Of a stretch of 53,478 nt of DNA, positions 26,708-39,228 are shown in pieces. This DNA is from Octopus bimaculoides (Eukaryota): the NCBI RefSeq assembly GCF_001194135.2, contig NC_068984.1:76290417-76343894 (forward strand), in the 5' to 3' direction. Positions within the stretch are counted from its first letter, which is position 1. Every line of letters starts with the position of its first letter. A program made the translations under genes and the position numbers. The notes beneath the pieces are model-generated. The model was not told the origin of the DNA, searched no databases, and saw only the letters and a list, made by a program, of their open reading frames with translations.

Positions 26708-27060
26708 ATGTGGTAACAAAAGGGTTAAATCCTTAACAGTCACTCTAAGTTTTAGAGTTAACAAATTATATAGCCACATAGTATTTCACAGTAATTTCTG
26801 CTTTCATCTACATTCAGCCCCTATGACTCCCTCACCTAAATTATACTGTGAACAGTACTACCAATCACTGAACTCTTTAATATGCTTCAACTACCTGCAA
26901 GGGTACACCCTTGAATAAAGCTACATTGACATATCTACCCTGGATGAATTTATAATGCAAGTGAATGAACGGGATGCAATTAAATGCTATATCTTAGGAC
27001 ATCCATGCAGCAAAAGCATATGCTGGACTGAGATTTAATGCGAATGTATTTTTTATGCCT

Positions 27061-27117
<57 letters not shown>

Positions 27118-28187
27118 NNNNNNNNNNNNNNNNNNNNNNNNNNNNNNNNNNNNNNNNNNNNNNNNNNNNNNNNNNNNNNNNNNNNNNNNNNNNNNNNNNN
27201 NNNNNNNNNNNNNNNNNNNNNNNNNNNNNNNNNNNNNNNNNNNNNNNNNNNNNNNNNNNNNNNNNNNNNNNNNNNNNNNNNNNNNNNNNNNNNNNNNNNN
27301 NNNNNNNNNNNNNNNNNNNNNNNNNNNNNNNNNNNNNNNNNNNNNNNNNNNNNNNNNNNNNNNNNNATATATATATATATATATATATATATAATGATTG
27401 AGATGTTGCCATTGAAGGAACAACAAATGCAAAAGAAAATAAGTCATCATCAGATTTGATGGACAACTAAGAGAGCAAATACATTATTTTTACAGTTTGT
27501 TTTTATTCATTGTCTTACCATCTCTTTCTTTCTCCTTTTCTTTCCTTCCCATTTTGCTCATTTTCTTCTCAGTCAATGACTGATCTACATGATTATTGTT
27601 ATTGTGTAAATGAGAATAAGATCTTCTTCAGCTCTGTAATGATGCCATAATTGATATTATAGTTGTTTTCTTACTTACTTACTCCCACCCCCACACCCAC
27701 CATCTGCTATTATTCCTTCCAAATAGATTAACTGATAAATCTAAGACTACATACAAATACCATCACTGGCTTTTGGCTTGTAAGAAATACCAAGCAGACA
27801 TTTTTTTAAAATCCCTTACCACTATTTATAGCACATCTAAACTCAAAGTTTAATCCTTTCCTTCAAAGACTTATTCACTGAATAATCCAAATTCTGGCTC
27901 TTCTACATTTGTTACAGTTTATAGCTTCTCCACTGATAGCTATCTGTATTATCTAAATAGACAAAACAGATTGATAGATTGATAGACTGATTACTAGATA
28001 ACTAGACAAGATTGCTGGATAAATTGACAGATAGATAAGATATACTGGAGTTATCTAAGAAGTGCATTTAGCAGTACAGTGTTCCTAGTTCAATTCCACT
28101 GGGCAGGACCATGTGCAAGAGTCTTCTGTCATAGCCTCAAGTTAATCAATGTTGTTTGAGTGAAATTTGATTGATGTGTAAAGACAT

Positions 28188-28485
28188 TCGAGCGAGATCG
28201 TTGCCAGTGCCGCCGAACTGGCTCCTGTGCAGGTGGCATGTAAAATACACCATTTTGAGCATGGCCGTTGCCAGTACCGCCTGACTGGCCTTCGTGCGGG
28301 TGGCACGTAAAAGCACCCACTACACTCTCGGAGTGGTTGACGTTAGGAAGGGCATCCAGCTGTAGAAGCTCTGCCAAATCCGATTGGAGCCTGGTGTAGC
28401 CATCTGGTTCACCAGTCCTCAGTCAAATCGTCCAACCCATGCTAGCATGGAAAGCGGACATTGAACGACGATGATGATGATTATG
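28188..28485 (+). mobile_element. SINE family B copy, 5'-truncated, about one VNTR unit
   Basis: High identity to 210-505. A further tail-only copy lies at 43656-43818. Confidence 0.8.
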
Positions 28486-29269
28486 ATGAAAATGATTGAA
28501 TCCTGTCATGTATGTATATGTACACCTATATGTGAGTATGTGAGAATGCAAGTATATTTCTTTTATTATTGTATTGATTTGGAGAAGAGGCTTCAACTAC
28601 AAACCGCACAACTATCCAAGATCATTGAGATCAATACGGTTAACGTTTCTCCTCTTGTATATTTGAAAATGCATGTTTGTGTAGCAATACTGGTACTGCA
28701 TGTGTATTGTATATTGGTGTAAATCAAATGGATTGAACAAAAATCACTTATGGTGTTTAGACTCTGAGAAAGTAAACTAAGTCATTCAATAGAGATCGAT
28801 AGAAAATAACAGTAGTAGACTATGTACTTGGGTCAGTGTATATGACTAGAAGTTTGGATGCTGGTTCCACAGCATAGCTGCAGTTCAGTGGCTGAAACCA
28901 TTGATAATTTAGAAGTAATATTTTTAATGGTTTAGGGCAAGAGGAAGCGGTAATTCCCATGACCCTCTTAGGTCCTCAAACCCTGGAAAGATATTGGTTT
29001 CAAATTTTGGCACAAGGCCATCAATTTTGGGGGAGGGGTAACTCAATTACATTAACCCTAGTGCTCAACTGGTACTTGTATTATCGACCCTGAACAGATG
29101 AATTTGAATCAGAATGTAAAGCTGGACAAAATACCATTGAGCATTTTGCCTGGTGTGCTAATAATTCTGCTAGATCACAGTCCCAGACACTGAAAAGACA
29201 CTAATATCATGAATGTTCAATTTAAATATCTGTAATTATGCAGGAGCATATGGTCAGTAGAGAGAGAAT

Positions 29270-29560
29270 TCCAGAGAGGTGGGGCTCTGGAAAGAAAGGG
29301 TTGCGAAAATAGTTAGTGTGGGGTACTAGGACAGGTGGAAGGAGGCAGTCAAAAGGACAAGAAGAGGAGGAGAGGTTGGTTGTTTCAGCCTGAGGTGGTA
29401 TGAAATTAGCTAGTTAAGAGGAGTGGAAGCTGTTGGAGGCTGTTATATTCATGGTTGATAATAGAACATGCAGAAAGGAAGAAGAGGCAGAGATTGTAAC
29501 ATGTTAGTGAGTTAGTAGTTTCCAACCTGTCAGCTGGCCTACTTTTGGATGTGATCTCTG
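29270..29560 (-). mobile_element. CR1-like LINE 3' fragment
   Basis: Minus strand shows decayed CR1 C-terminal-like text (PHTNYFRNPFFP..LWNSL). Similar fragments at ~18650-18850, ~20600-20790 (ORF text YTQSFFSR) and ~33240-33560. Confidence 0.55.
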
Positions 29561-29672
29561 ATGCCTGTGTATGTTTGTAAAATTAGCAGAGAAATTAGTA
29601 ATTTATTAAGTGATTTAATGAGTTGGATTTTATGATATTCTTTTTCATTGAAACCAATGTCTTTTATTTCAG

Positions 29673-29788
29673 ACTATTGAAAAGCTGCTATTTACTGCAT
29701 TCCCTGCTTTGTCTGTGGCATTATGGATATGGGCAACAATGTCTGTTGTAAAACTAAGCCTACTGCCTTATCTTACAATAGCCTTTGG
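29673..29788 (+). CDS. Next internal coding exon of the NEF1-like membrane protein
   Basis: Acceptor tcttttatttcag, donor TTTGG|gtaagc; 116 nt, phase 0 to 2, in phase with the 18949-19066 exon. Translation TIEKLLFTAFPALSVALWIWATMSVVKLSLLPYLTIAF(G) continues the ungapped match to recalled NEF1 ALERLLFACVPFTASSFFAWATISAVG. Confidence 0.85.
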
Positions 29789-30223
29789 GTAAGCAATTCC
29801 CTTGTTGAAATACATTTATCATTTACTATCTTTTATGTTTGTGTTAACATGCAAAAATGGTTGTAAAAAAAAAACATTCACTTGCTATAATAGATTGTTT
29901 TTTCTATTTATTTACTTTTTGTTTTATAATTTATTCACTGTATAGACCAAAGGTTTACTAATGCCATCAATTTTTACAACATAATACAAGGCTTTAGAAA
30001 ATCCATATTAATGTTTGAACATCTTGAAAAACATGTTATTCATAATTTTGTTATACACAAGTTTGATTGCTAAAACATAAGTATGATTAATGAAACACAA
30101 TAAGCATTGAAAACAGACATTTATTCATCCATTTTATGTCTGTTTTCAATGTTAGTATGAGTTGGATGAGTATATATTACTGAGACATCATTTTACAACT
30201 GATGACTGAAGAGGATATCTATG

Positions 30224-31117
30224 GCGGATTTGTTCAGTTTCACTCACAGATTTTTTAATTATTTTTTTTTAACTAAACAGTTTGAAACTTCATGTACTGG
30301 TGTAATTTCTCATGTTCAACACAGTTTACTTTCAACATTTTTGACAAAATTTTGTATTTTAGAAGTTATTTCATCTTAAAGTTGTCATATTGGGGTAATT
30401 TTAACCAATCAACAACATGTATTTAGTTGAAGAAAGCTACTGCTGTTTGCAATAGTAATCGAAGAGGAACAACTTCCGAGCCATCTCTACTAAAATGTCA
30501 CCACTCTGCTCTATTCGTATGTCAAGCAAAGGACGAAGGGAAAGTGTTGCTCCTTGGTCATAGCTGACACAAAAGAGAAGCTTTCAGCCACAAGAAAGTC
30601 GGTGCCACTTCTACACTATCACCTACCAACCAGTGAGCGAACTTGTCATTGCCACTACAATTTCTGCTGTATCTCTAACTACATGTTCGACAAACTAATA
30701 AATGTATGTAAATAATATTTCTTCCTTCTTGGTGTTGATTTTTCAATGTTTACTAATTACTCGATGCAAGAACCAAAAAAAAACAAGCTTGTAATATGCA
30801 ACATAGGCAGCAAACAAATAGTAAAATAGAACAGTGTTGACATTTAGTAGAGATGACTCGGAGGTTGTTCCTCTTCGATTACTTTGACAAACAGCAGTAA
30901 TTTTCTTTCTTCAATTGAATGCACATCATTGATTGGTTAAAAATTACCTGAATATGACAACTTTAACACAAAATAACTTCTAAAATACGAAATTTAGTCA
31001 AAAATGTTGAAAGTAAACTGTGTTGAGCATGAGAAATTATACTGGTATATGAAGTTTCAAACTATTTAGTTAAAAAAAATAATTAAAAAATCTGTGAGCA
31101 AAACTGAACAGATCCTC
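30224..31117. mobile_element. Non-autonomous foldback DNA transposon with about 290 bp TIRs, Sola2-like
   Basis: 30224-~30515 is the inverted repeat of ~30825-31117; 4 bp direct repeat TATG at 30220-30223 and 31118-31121; termini G(A/C)GGAT. GRG termini with a 4 bp TSD fit the Sola2 convention. Confidence 0.75.
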
Positions 31118-31334
31118 TATGGCTGCTCACAACTATTATCCTTTACTTGACAGTACATACAGGTAAAATATTGTCAAGTAATATTTTATTTAATCATCAG
31201 TACTGTGATATTTATCACTTGAATCTACTTTCCTAAGAAATTAATATTTCTAATTTTGTCAAATAATTGTGAGCAACTTAGCACAGTTTATTTTAGGTGT
31301 CAGAAGGACCCTGACTGTAGCTTCTGCAATACTG

Positions 31335-32690
31335 CCCCTCCTATCTGATCACACATTATCTATTGCAGAAAACACTTGTTCAAGTATGAAGAAGACAAAG
31401 AATGTATTCTACAACACTAAGATTTTTCTTTACTAAATATGTTTTTCTTTGCAATGAGCAAAAATAAATTTGCTACTTTTCTTCATACTTAAAGATTTCT
31501 ACTTTGGGAGTGCACAGAGCTCTTTGCAATAACTTCATCAAATAATTGATCAATCTATATTACTTGTTTTCCAATTCTTTGGTTGAGATTAACTGCAGAC
31601 TGTTCAATACTGGGCCAAGATGTGTCTTCAGAACTTAATCTTGCAATGTCTCCCACCAGTTCAAAGTATTTTTTCTTTAGGTCTTGGTATGGGAGACATC
31701 TTTCATAAAAAAAAACTTTTATGTTTTTTCTTCACTTTTTCAATGTTTTCACCATTTTCTCAGCAAAGCCTCTTCATTTTGAGGCACAAATTCACAGTTT
31801 TTCTATTTCTTCTCTATTTGTCATTAGATTTTGTATTTCTAGTTTGCTTTCTGCTGTGTTGGAATTATCCTTTTCCATGGCCAGAATCAATTTATTGAAA
31901 AGGCCAAGCTGTCCATGTACAAACTATAAATACATTTTCCCAAAATCATTTTCAAAGAATTGTTTTATTAGTCATGAGCAGTGTTCTTGGTGACAAAAGT
32001 AAGACTTCAAGCCCAGCAAAAATGTTAAGAATTCTTTCAACTGCTTGTAACATTGACAAGACTAGTGTTACTATGTTCTACTAGCTCTTTGTATTGCACT
32101 CCAGCAAAGAGAGAAAATTTTCTTTAGTTGTGTTACATGAACTGTATATGTGAAATTATATATGAAAATTTTCACAATAGTTGCTTTGGTGTCAATTGGT
32201 AATAGATCAACAGTTGTTTATAAACAATTGTGCACAATGTGTGCAGCACAGCTAATGCTAACTAAGTCACTTTCAAGTTTGGTTTTAATCAGTGTTTTTG
32301 TTGTACACCATTAACATTTGTGTTGCCCTTGTCTCCACAAAGTCCAACAATTTTTCCTGTCAAATTGTGATTGTCAATAACTGTGACTAGGGCAATTAGT
32401 CAAGATCTCAACTATCTCAACTGGAAAAAGTCTGCATGTCCCAAAATTTAACTTCTATTCCTTGACCAGGAATGTAATGTTGAATAATATAAAGTATCGC
32501 TTAACATCTTTTTGGTTTGAAGCATCCATAGAAATTGTCTCAAAATTTGTTCTTGCTAAGTCTTTAGCAAACTCAGATTTAGCCATTGGTGCAATTACAT
32601 TTAAAATCACATTTTGTCTACTCTTGATGAAACTTTAACTCATTTGGATGTCTTGAAATTCATTTTATGAAAAAACTATAAAAAGACTTC
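31335..32690 (-). pseudogene. Decayed hAT-superfamily transposase
   Basis: Minus-strand fragments with stops and frameshifts: VIAPMAKSEFAKDLARTNFETISMDASN, KIVGLCGD, SCAAHIVHNCL, SMLQAVERILNIF, IKQFFEN, HGQLGLFNKLILAMEKDN, IDQLFDE. These are typical hAT motifs (CxxH, RWLS-adjacent region). Confidence 0.85.
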
Positions 32691-34689
32691 ACCAGGTGGT
32701 GCTATTAAGTTAGACATGGCCTGGGCCTGCACTGGCCAAAACCTATCTAAGTTATTGTATTTGTGGTTTAATTGTGAAGAGAAAATGGCATTGGTGGCTG
32801 TCACAGTGAGATTGTTTTTCTTCTTTTTTTTTTTATTATTCAGGAAGCTGGGCAATGCTTATGACCCTTTACAGGGCCTCTGTTAGTAGTAGGAGAGAGA
32901 GATAATGCTATAATCAAACTAGAGGTCTGACCTGAATGCTTTTAACAGCTGATTTACCTCCAACCAAAGCACCCAATGACCACAAGGTGGTGTTAAATTT
33001 TGTGACAGATGAAATCTGCCACTTAAATAGGCATCACTAGGATTTGTATCAAGAATGCTAAGAGGAGTCAGGACAAACACTGCATGGCATCCCATTGAAT
33101 GCTCTGATGGTTCTACCCTAAACTGGTACATTGTTTACTGACTCTTGAAGAATGAAAAGCAAAGAATTAGATAAATGCCATAAGGCATTTCATTCAGCAC
33201 TCTAATGACACCATTTACCATCTGTAAGTTGATGTCTGAGGGGGGAAAAATGTAGGAAAGAGAAGACTCCATAGAGCTAACTCACTAGGGAGGAAGAGTA
33301 TAGGTTGAAGATGGCAGGATGCAGGCTATGAGCTAGTTGAGAGAAACAGAGACTGTTGTGGTAGGGGTAAAATAGGCAAAGGAGGGAGGGAAGGGATAGA
33401 GAGAGTAAGAGCAACTGAAGGATAAGGTTTTAGTGGATTTTTTGCCCATCAGTGGAATGGCTAAAATTTGGTTGTAAGCTAAGATGTTTGTTTATGATAG
33501 ATGAAGGAGCAGTATTTTACTGTATGAGTCTTGCATGACATTTGCATTGTATTTGAACTTGGATCTGTCTACAAATCAGTTGTCTAAAATTGAATCCACA
33601 CAGCCATTACACCTTCAAAGTGGAGAAGTTAAGAGCATTGGAGATGAAAAAAAAAAAAAGGATGGTAGGAGATAAAGGGCAGGAAGAATGGATTTATATA
33701 TACACACACACATACATACATACATACATACATACATACACAACACACACTCATACAAACAGACAGAGACAGAGGGTGTATATACAGAGAAAAGAAGAGA
33801 GAGTGAACAGATAAGCAATGAAAGATAGAGATTGGAAGGGATGGAAAAGAAGAGAAGGAAGAGGAAGGAGAGAGGGGTGTCATAGAAAGTGTATGAAGTG
33901 TAATGGGTGAGATAAGTGTTAAGGCAAGATAATATGAGGGTGAAGGTAGAAATAACATCAAAAATGGGGATAGAATGAGAGGAGAGCAGCAGTAGTTTGT
34001 CAGCAGACATAGTTATTATAAGCTTAACTTTCTTCCTCCTCCCAAGTCATTCTTCCCCTTGAAGGAAACCATCTGTTAATTTTTTTGTTTAGCTAATTAT
34101 CCAGTTGTTTAGAACATTATATAAGGACTTTGCTGGTGTTGTTTAGCCCTGAGTCAGCACTGACTGAGTTGACTTATTAATCAAAGTTATTCCCATAGTG
34201 ACCATCTTGTCTTTTTTTTTTTTTCCTGCATATCCAGTCCAGTGAGTTTTTCTTTCTTTTAAACACTTTTGATACAATCCTTCTGAGACCACCCCTAGTT
34301 GTTTGAAACAAACCTCCCTGTTTTAGAGTGATTTAAATTAAAACTTTCCATCAAAATTTCATGTTAATCTAAGTTATAAATGCCAGCTTAATGACAAAGA
34401 TACTTGGATCTTTGTGGTTATCGTCGTTGCATGTCGAAATCTTTATAGATGTAATTTTTGATGCTGAATCCGAATTTGTTATTCATTTAATACAGAAAAA
34501 TTTTGCAAAAATGTCAAAAAGTGTTCAAAGCCAATCAGAAAACAACGCATTCATTGCCTCTTCCATCATCTGTCACAGTAGTGAGAAAGAGGGGAGGGGG
34601 CACAGACATGTCAAAACATTAAACTAGCTACAGTAAACAGTGAAAAACATTAAAAAATTTGCAAGCAAATTAAATATTTAAAAGTTACA

Positions 34690-35112
34690 AGCGTGTGGTA
34701 AGTAGCTTGCTTACCAACCACATGGTCCTGGGTTCAGTCCCACTGCTATAGCCTTGGGCCAACTAAAGTCTTGTGAGAAGACTTGGTAGATGGAAACTGA
34801 AAGAAGCCTGTTGTGTATATGTATATGTTTGTGTGTCTGTCCCCCCCCCCCCNNNNNNNNNNGTAGATGGAAACTGAAAGAAGCCTGTTGTGTATATGTA
34901 TATGTTTGTGTGTCTGTCCCCCCCCACTACCACCACCATCGCATGACAACTGATGCTGGTGTGTTTACGTCCCTGTAACTTATCGGTTTGGCAAAAGAGA
35001 CTGATAGAATAAGTACTAGGCTTACGAAAGAATAAGTCCTGAGGTTTATTTGTTCAACTAAAGGTGGTGCTCTAGCATGGCCACAGTCAAATGACTAAAA
35101 CAAATAAAAGAG
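34690..35112 (+). mobile_element. SINE family A copy interrupted by a 10-N gap
   Basis: Head, microsatellite and tail all recognisable; 34786-34852 is repeated at 34863-34926 across the gap. Confidence 0.8.
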
Positions 35113-35732
35113 TAAACCAACAGAAGTTGCTAGAAATAACAATCAAAACATTGCTTAAAACAGACTCAAGAACGAAAGTTTACAATACACTCCAGGATTT
35201 TATAAAATAAATTATCTTTCTCATATCTCCTTCTCCACATGAGTTCACAAAGATAAGGGTCAACCATGGAATGGTGTATCTCACACCATCATTTGTTTCC
35301 ATGCTTTAAAGATGTCCAAGTACACTCAATTTGGTGGTTACACTCCTTGTACACATGCACAGCATCTTTGGTTACTATGGAAACAGAGTTCTTCACAATC
35401 AACTATAGAACACATGGTGCTTCTTTGCTTAATATGCTAACAGAACTTCACGGGGATGTATAAAATACTCACTTCTGATTGGCTAAATACCCAAATTTTG
35501 CAAATTTTAAAGGCTAATAACTTTTTAATTATGAATTTTTAAGAAAAAGGAATTTCATTTTCATAATTAGGATACAAAACTTAATCCATATATCAAATTT
35601 TAAAACAATTGGAAGAAAATTGTAGACAGTGATGATAACCGCAAAGATCCAGATACTTTACTAACTACTTCATTATTTTCAAAATTAAACAAAGATTGCA
35701 TACTTTAGCATAAATATGATAATAAAAGTGAA

Positions 35733-36068
35733 GGTGCATGGCTCAGTGGTTAGAGTGTCAGGTTCACAATCATAAAGTAGTGAGTTTGATTCCCGGACCG
35801 GGCTATGTGTTGTGTTCTTGAGCAAGACACTTTACTTCACATTGTTCCAGTTCATTCAACTGTAGAAATGAGTTGTGACATCACTGATGCTAAGCTGTAT
35901 CGGTCTTTGTGTTTCCCTTGGATAACATCATTGGCATGGGAAGGGGAGGCTGGTATGCATAGGCAACTGCTGGTCTTCCTTCAACAACCTTGCCTGGACT
36001 TGTGCTTTGGAGGGGGAACTTTCTAAGTGCAATCTCATGGTCATTCATGGCCAAAGGGGATCTTTACC
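35733..36068 (+). mobile_element. tRNA-derived SINE, distinct family (D)
   Basis: A-box-like tggctcagtggtt and B-box-like gtttgattccc, then the central domain ttcttgagcaagacactttacttcac typical of invertebrate SINEs. Confidence 0.65.
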
Positions 36069-37439
36069 TTAATATTTCTTCATGGCTGGACATATTTCCA
36101 CATGACTGGAAATGAATGGCACCGTTTTTATCACCACAATACTTATTTTACAACTATCATGCAATATGAAGACAAAGACGTATGTCTTTGCCCTTTTTCT
36201 GTCTGGTGAGGTCACAGTTACAATCAAAACTATTTTGGCCATAACTGTCCTGTCTTTTTGTATATGTAGAACTATGTTAAAGTAGAGCATTGAGACACAT
36301 TTTCAGGTATTTATTTTGTATTGTGTCCCCCCCCCCATTTGTTTAGATCCTGACATGAGAGATATATAATTAGTAAAATATAATGTTTCTATAACCTGTA
36401 AATTTGATTTGATTCAGCATGAAACAGCAGGGGAACTTCTCTATGGTCATTTGACCTGCTGGGAAAAGCAGCCAAATCTACCTCCAAGAAGACACTGGAT
36501 GCTGTTGTTTTGCATTCTTTGTATATAGGAAAAAGATGTAGGGGTCAAAGCTGAAATGTATTTGATCATTTGTCTGCTCACTCAAGACTGATCTGAGGTT
36601 AAATGATTATAAATTATTTGAGGATCAAAAGATAGTTAAGCAGTATGTTTTCTTGGTTTGAGTGTATGGTTTAATGCTTAACTCCAGTTTCTTGATATGA
36701 TGTGAGACAAATGGGAAATGAATTTCCTTGTGGATAGTGCAGTAATTGAAATTATATCTGTGTAAACATTCTTATTTACCTACTTAATCCTTTTGTTACC
36801 ATATTTTTGCTGAAGTACACTGCCTTTGTTTTAGTAAATTTTGAAAATAATGAAGAATTTAGTAAAATAACTTTGTCATTATTAATCTGTTTATTTTGGA
36901 ACATAAATTAAATCTACAATAAAAAATGCTTGCAATGAATTTGAACTTAAGGTCTTTCACTTGGAAGCCTCAAATCATTACCACCTGGTCATTTCAAATC
37001 TGCTCTGTGAAAATAACTAGAAATAAATATGTAGTTTGGAAAAAATAAATAAAACAATATTTTTCAATAACTGATATTATTTTCATGTTACCTGGTAGTA
37101 CAAGAGACAATTGTGGACATGTTTCTGTATAATATTGACTTTATCCAAGAAGCATAGCTTTCGTTATACTTGCTAAAATATTGGTGAATTTATCACCTAA
37201 TAAATATACAAGGTGTCCTGAGCAACAGGGGTTCAGGAATTTTACGGAGTATAGAGTTACCCCTTAGTTACTATTACGCTCAACTCTGCTGACATGGGGT
37301 GGTAGTACCTGTCAAGGGCTCCAGCTGTGGTCACATAGAAGAAGGTGATCTTGTGGCTAAGACACACTAGATTCAGTGGAGGGCTGGCCCTATAGACTTG
37401 TGTCACTTAAGCCTACAAGTGTGTGTACATGCTATGATA

Positions 37440-37625
37440 GGCGTGGGAGTGGCTGTGTGGTAAGTAGCTTGCTTACCAACCACATGGTTCCGGGTTCAGT
37501 CCCACTGCGTGGCATCTTGGGCAAGTGTCTTCTACTATAGCCTTGGGCCGACCAAAGCCTTTTGAGTGGATTTGGTAGACGGAAACTGAAAGAAGCCTGT
37601 TGTATATATGTATATATATATATAT
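37440..37625 (+). mobile_element. Young SINE family A 5' half (runs into an N-gap)
   Basis: Near-identical to the head of the 15415-15816 copy, opposite orientation. Confidence 0.85.
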
Positions 37626-38060
37626 NNNNNNNNNNNNNNNNNNNNNNNNNNNNNNNNNNNNNNNNNNNNNNNNNNNNNNNNNNNNNNNNNNNNNNNNNNN
37701 NNNNNNNNNNNNNNNNNNNNNNNNNNNNNNNNNNNNNNNNNNNNNNNNNNNNNNNNNNNNNNNNNNNNNNNNNNNNNNNNNNNNNNNNNNNNNNNNNNNN
37801 NNNNNNNNNNNNNNNNNNNNNNNNNNNNNNNNNNNNNNNNNNNNNNNNNNNNNNNNNNNNNNNNNNNNNNNNNNNNNNNNNNNNNNNNNNNNNNNNNNNN
37901 NNNNNNNNNNNNNNNNNNNNNNNNNNNNNNNNNNNNNNNNNNNNNNNNNNNNNNNNNNNNNNNNNNNNNNNNNNNNNNNNNNNNNNNNNNNNNNNNNNNN
38001 NNNNNNNNNNNNNNNNNNNNNNNNNNNNNNNNNNNNNNNNNNNNNNNNNNNNNNNNNNNN

Positions 38061-38106
<46 letters not shown>

Positions 38107-39228
38107 TGATTGTAAACAGCAAATGGATCTCTGCTGGTGTTGACAGTGAATATTCAGTTGTTTACTCAACTGAATTGCCTGCATGTTAAGTGGCTGAGTA
38201 TTCCTCTGGCTTGCAATTTTAATGTAATTCTCAGGACACAGTTAGACACAGCTGGACCTTTAAATTACTGGTACACTCTCACCGAAACAGGGTTCCACTT
38301 GGAGAACGTGGGTCAACACAAAACTAATAAAAAGACACTTACCCAAAATGTTACACATTGGCATTGAACTCAGGATCTTGTAACAGGAGAGCAGACAGCT
38401 TAACCATCTGGCCCTGCTACATCCTCACAATAAATGTACAATCTTGTATTGTCACTTAGTGATTCATTCAACACTACTTCAGCAAGACTGGCAAAAGCTA
38501 TGTCTCACTGTTGGAGTTAGAATAAGCAGAAACATTTGAGGTTGTCTGCCATACATAGAAATTAAACATATCAATCACTGACGTTTTTGTTTATCATCAT
38601 CATCATCATCATTATTATTATTAGATTTTTTTTGTTTATCTCATCCCATATTTCTAGTTAGCTTTTTAATTCTTCCTGCCTTAAACATGTTAACACTAAC
38701 TATTAATTTTCTAGAGGATGGCATTTCTGTGCTGTTCAAATGAAAAATGTTTGCCGAGTATCTTCAACAACATAATTGCTAAGTTACTGTCTCTAAATGG
38801 AACTGGTTGTTAATTTGCCTACTTAAAGTGAGGTTCATAGCAAATCCATCAAGCTGGTTGCTAGGCTACACTATTTGATGTGTTGATTGTTAAAACTCCC
38901 AAACTAGGAGATCCACCAAACTAAATCATTTAATTGTTAATTTAATTCAGTGTTTGCTAATCTGTGAATCTAAATCTGATTTTTTTGGTTTTTTAATTAA
39001 TCTAATTTTACATATTACACATGTATGTGTGTGTGTGTGTGTGTGTATGTATTCAAAAATATACATACACACATAGATGGAAATGTATGTTTGTGTGTAT
39101 GTGTATATACAGTTGTAGTGTAAATGTATATGTGTGCATGTATGGTTATGGATGTGCATGTATATATATACACGTATATATGTAAACTTAAAGTTTAATT
39201 TTAACTTTACATACCATCCCTTATAAGA

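Noticed and set aside
29690-29710. Apparent frameshift between two protein-like frames in the exon
   Set aside because: Careful reading (ctg cta ttt act gca ttc cct) shows a single continuous frame with no indel.
34786-34926. About 65 bp direct duplication inside a SINE
   Set aside because: The two copies flank a 10-N gap at a poly-C run, so this is most likely an unmerged contig overlap (assembly artefact).
35733-35810. Possible tRNA gene
   Set aside because: A and B boxes are present but there is no cloverleaf, and it continues into a SINE body.
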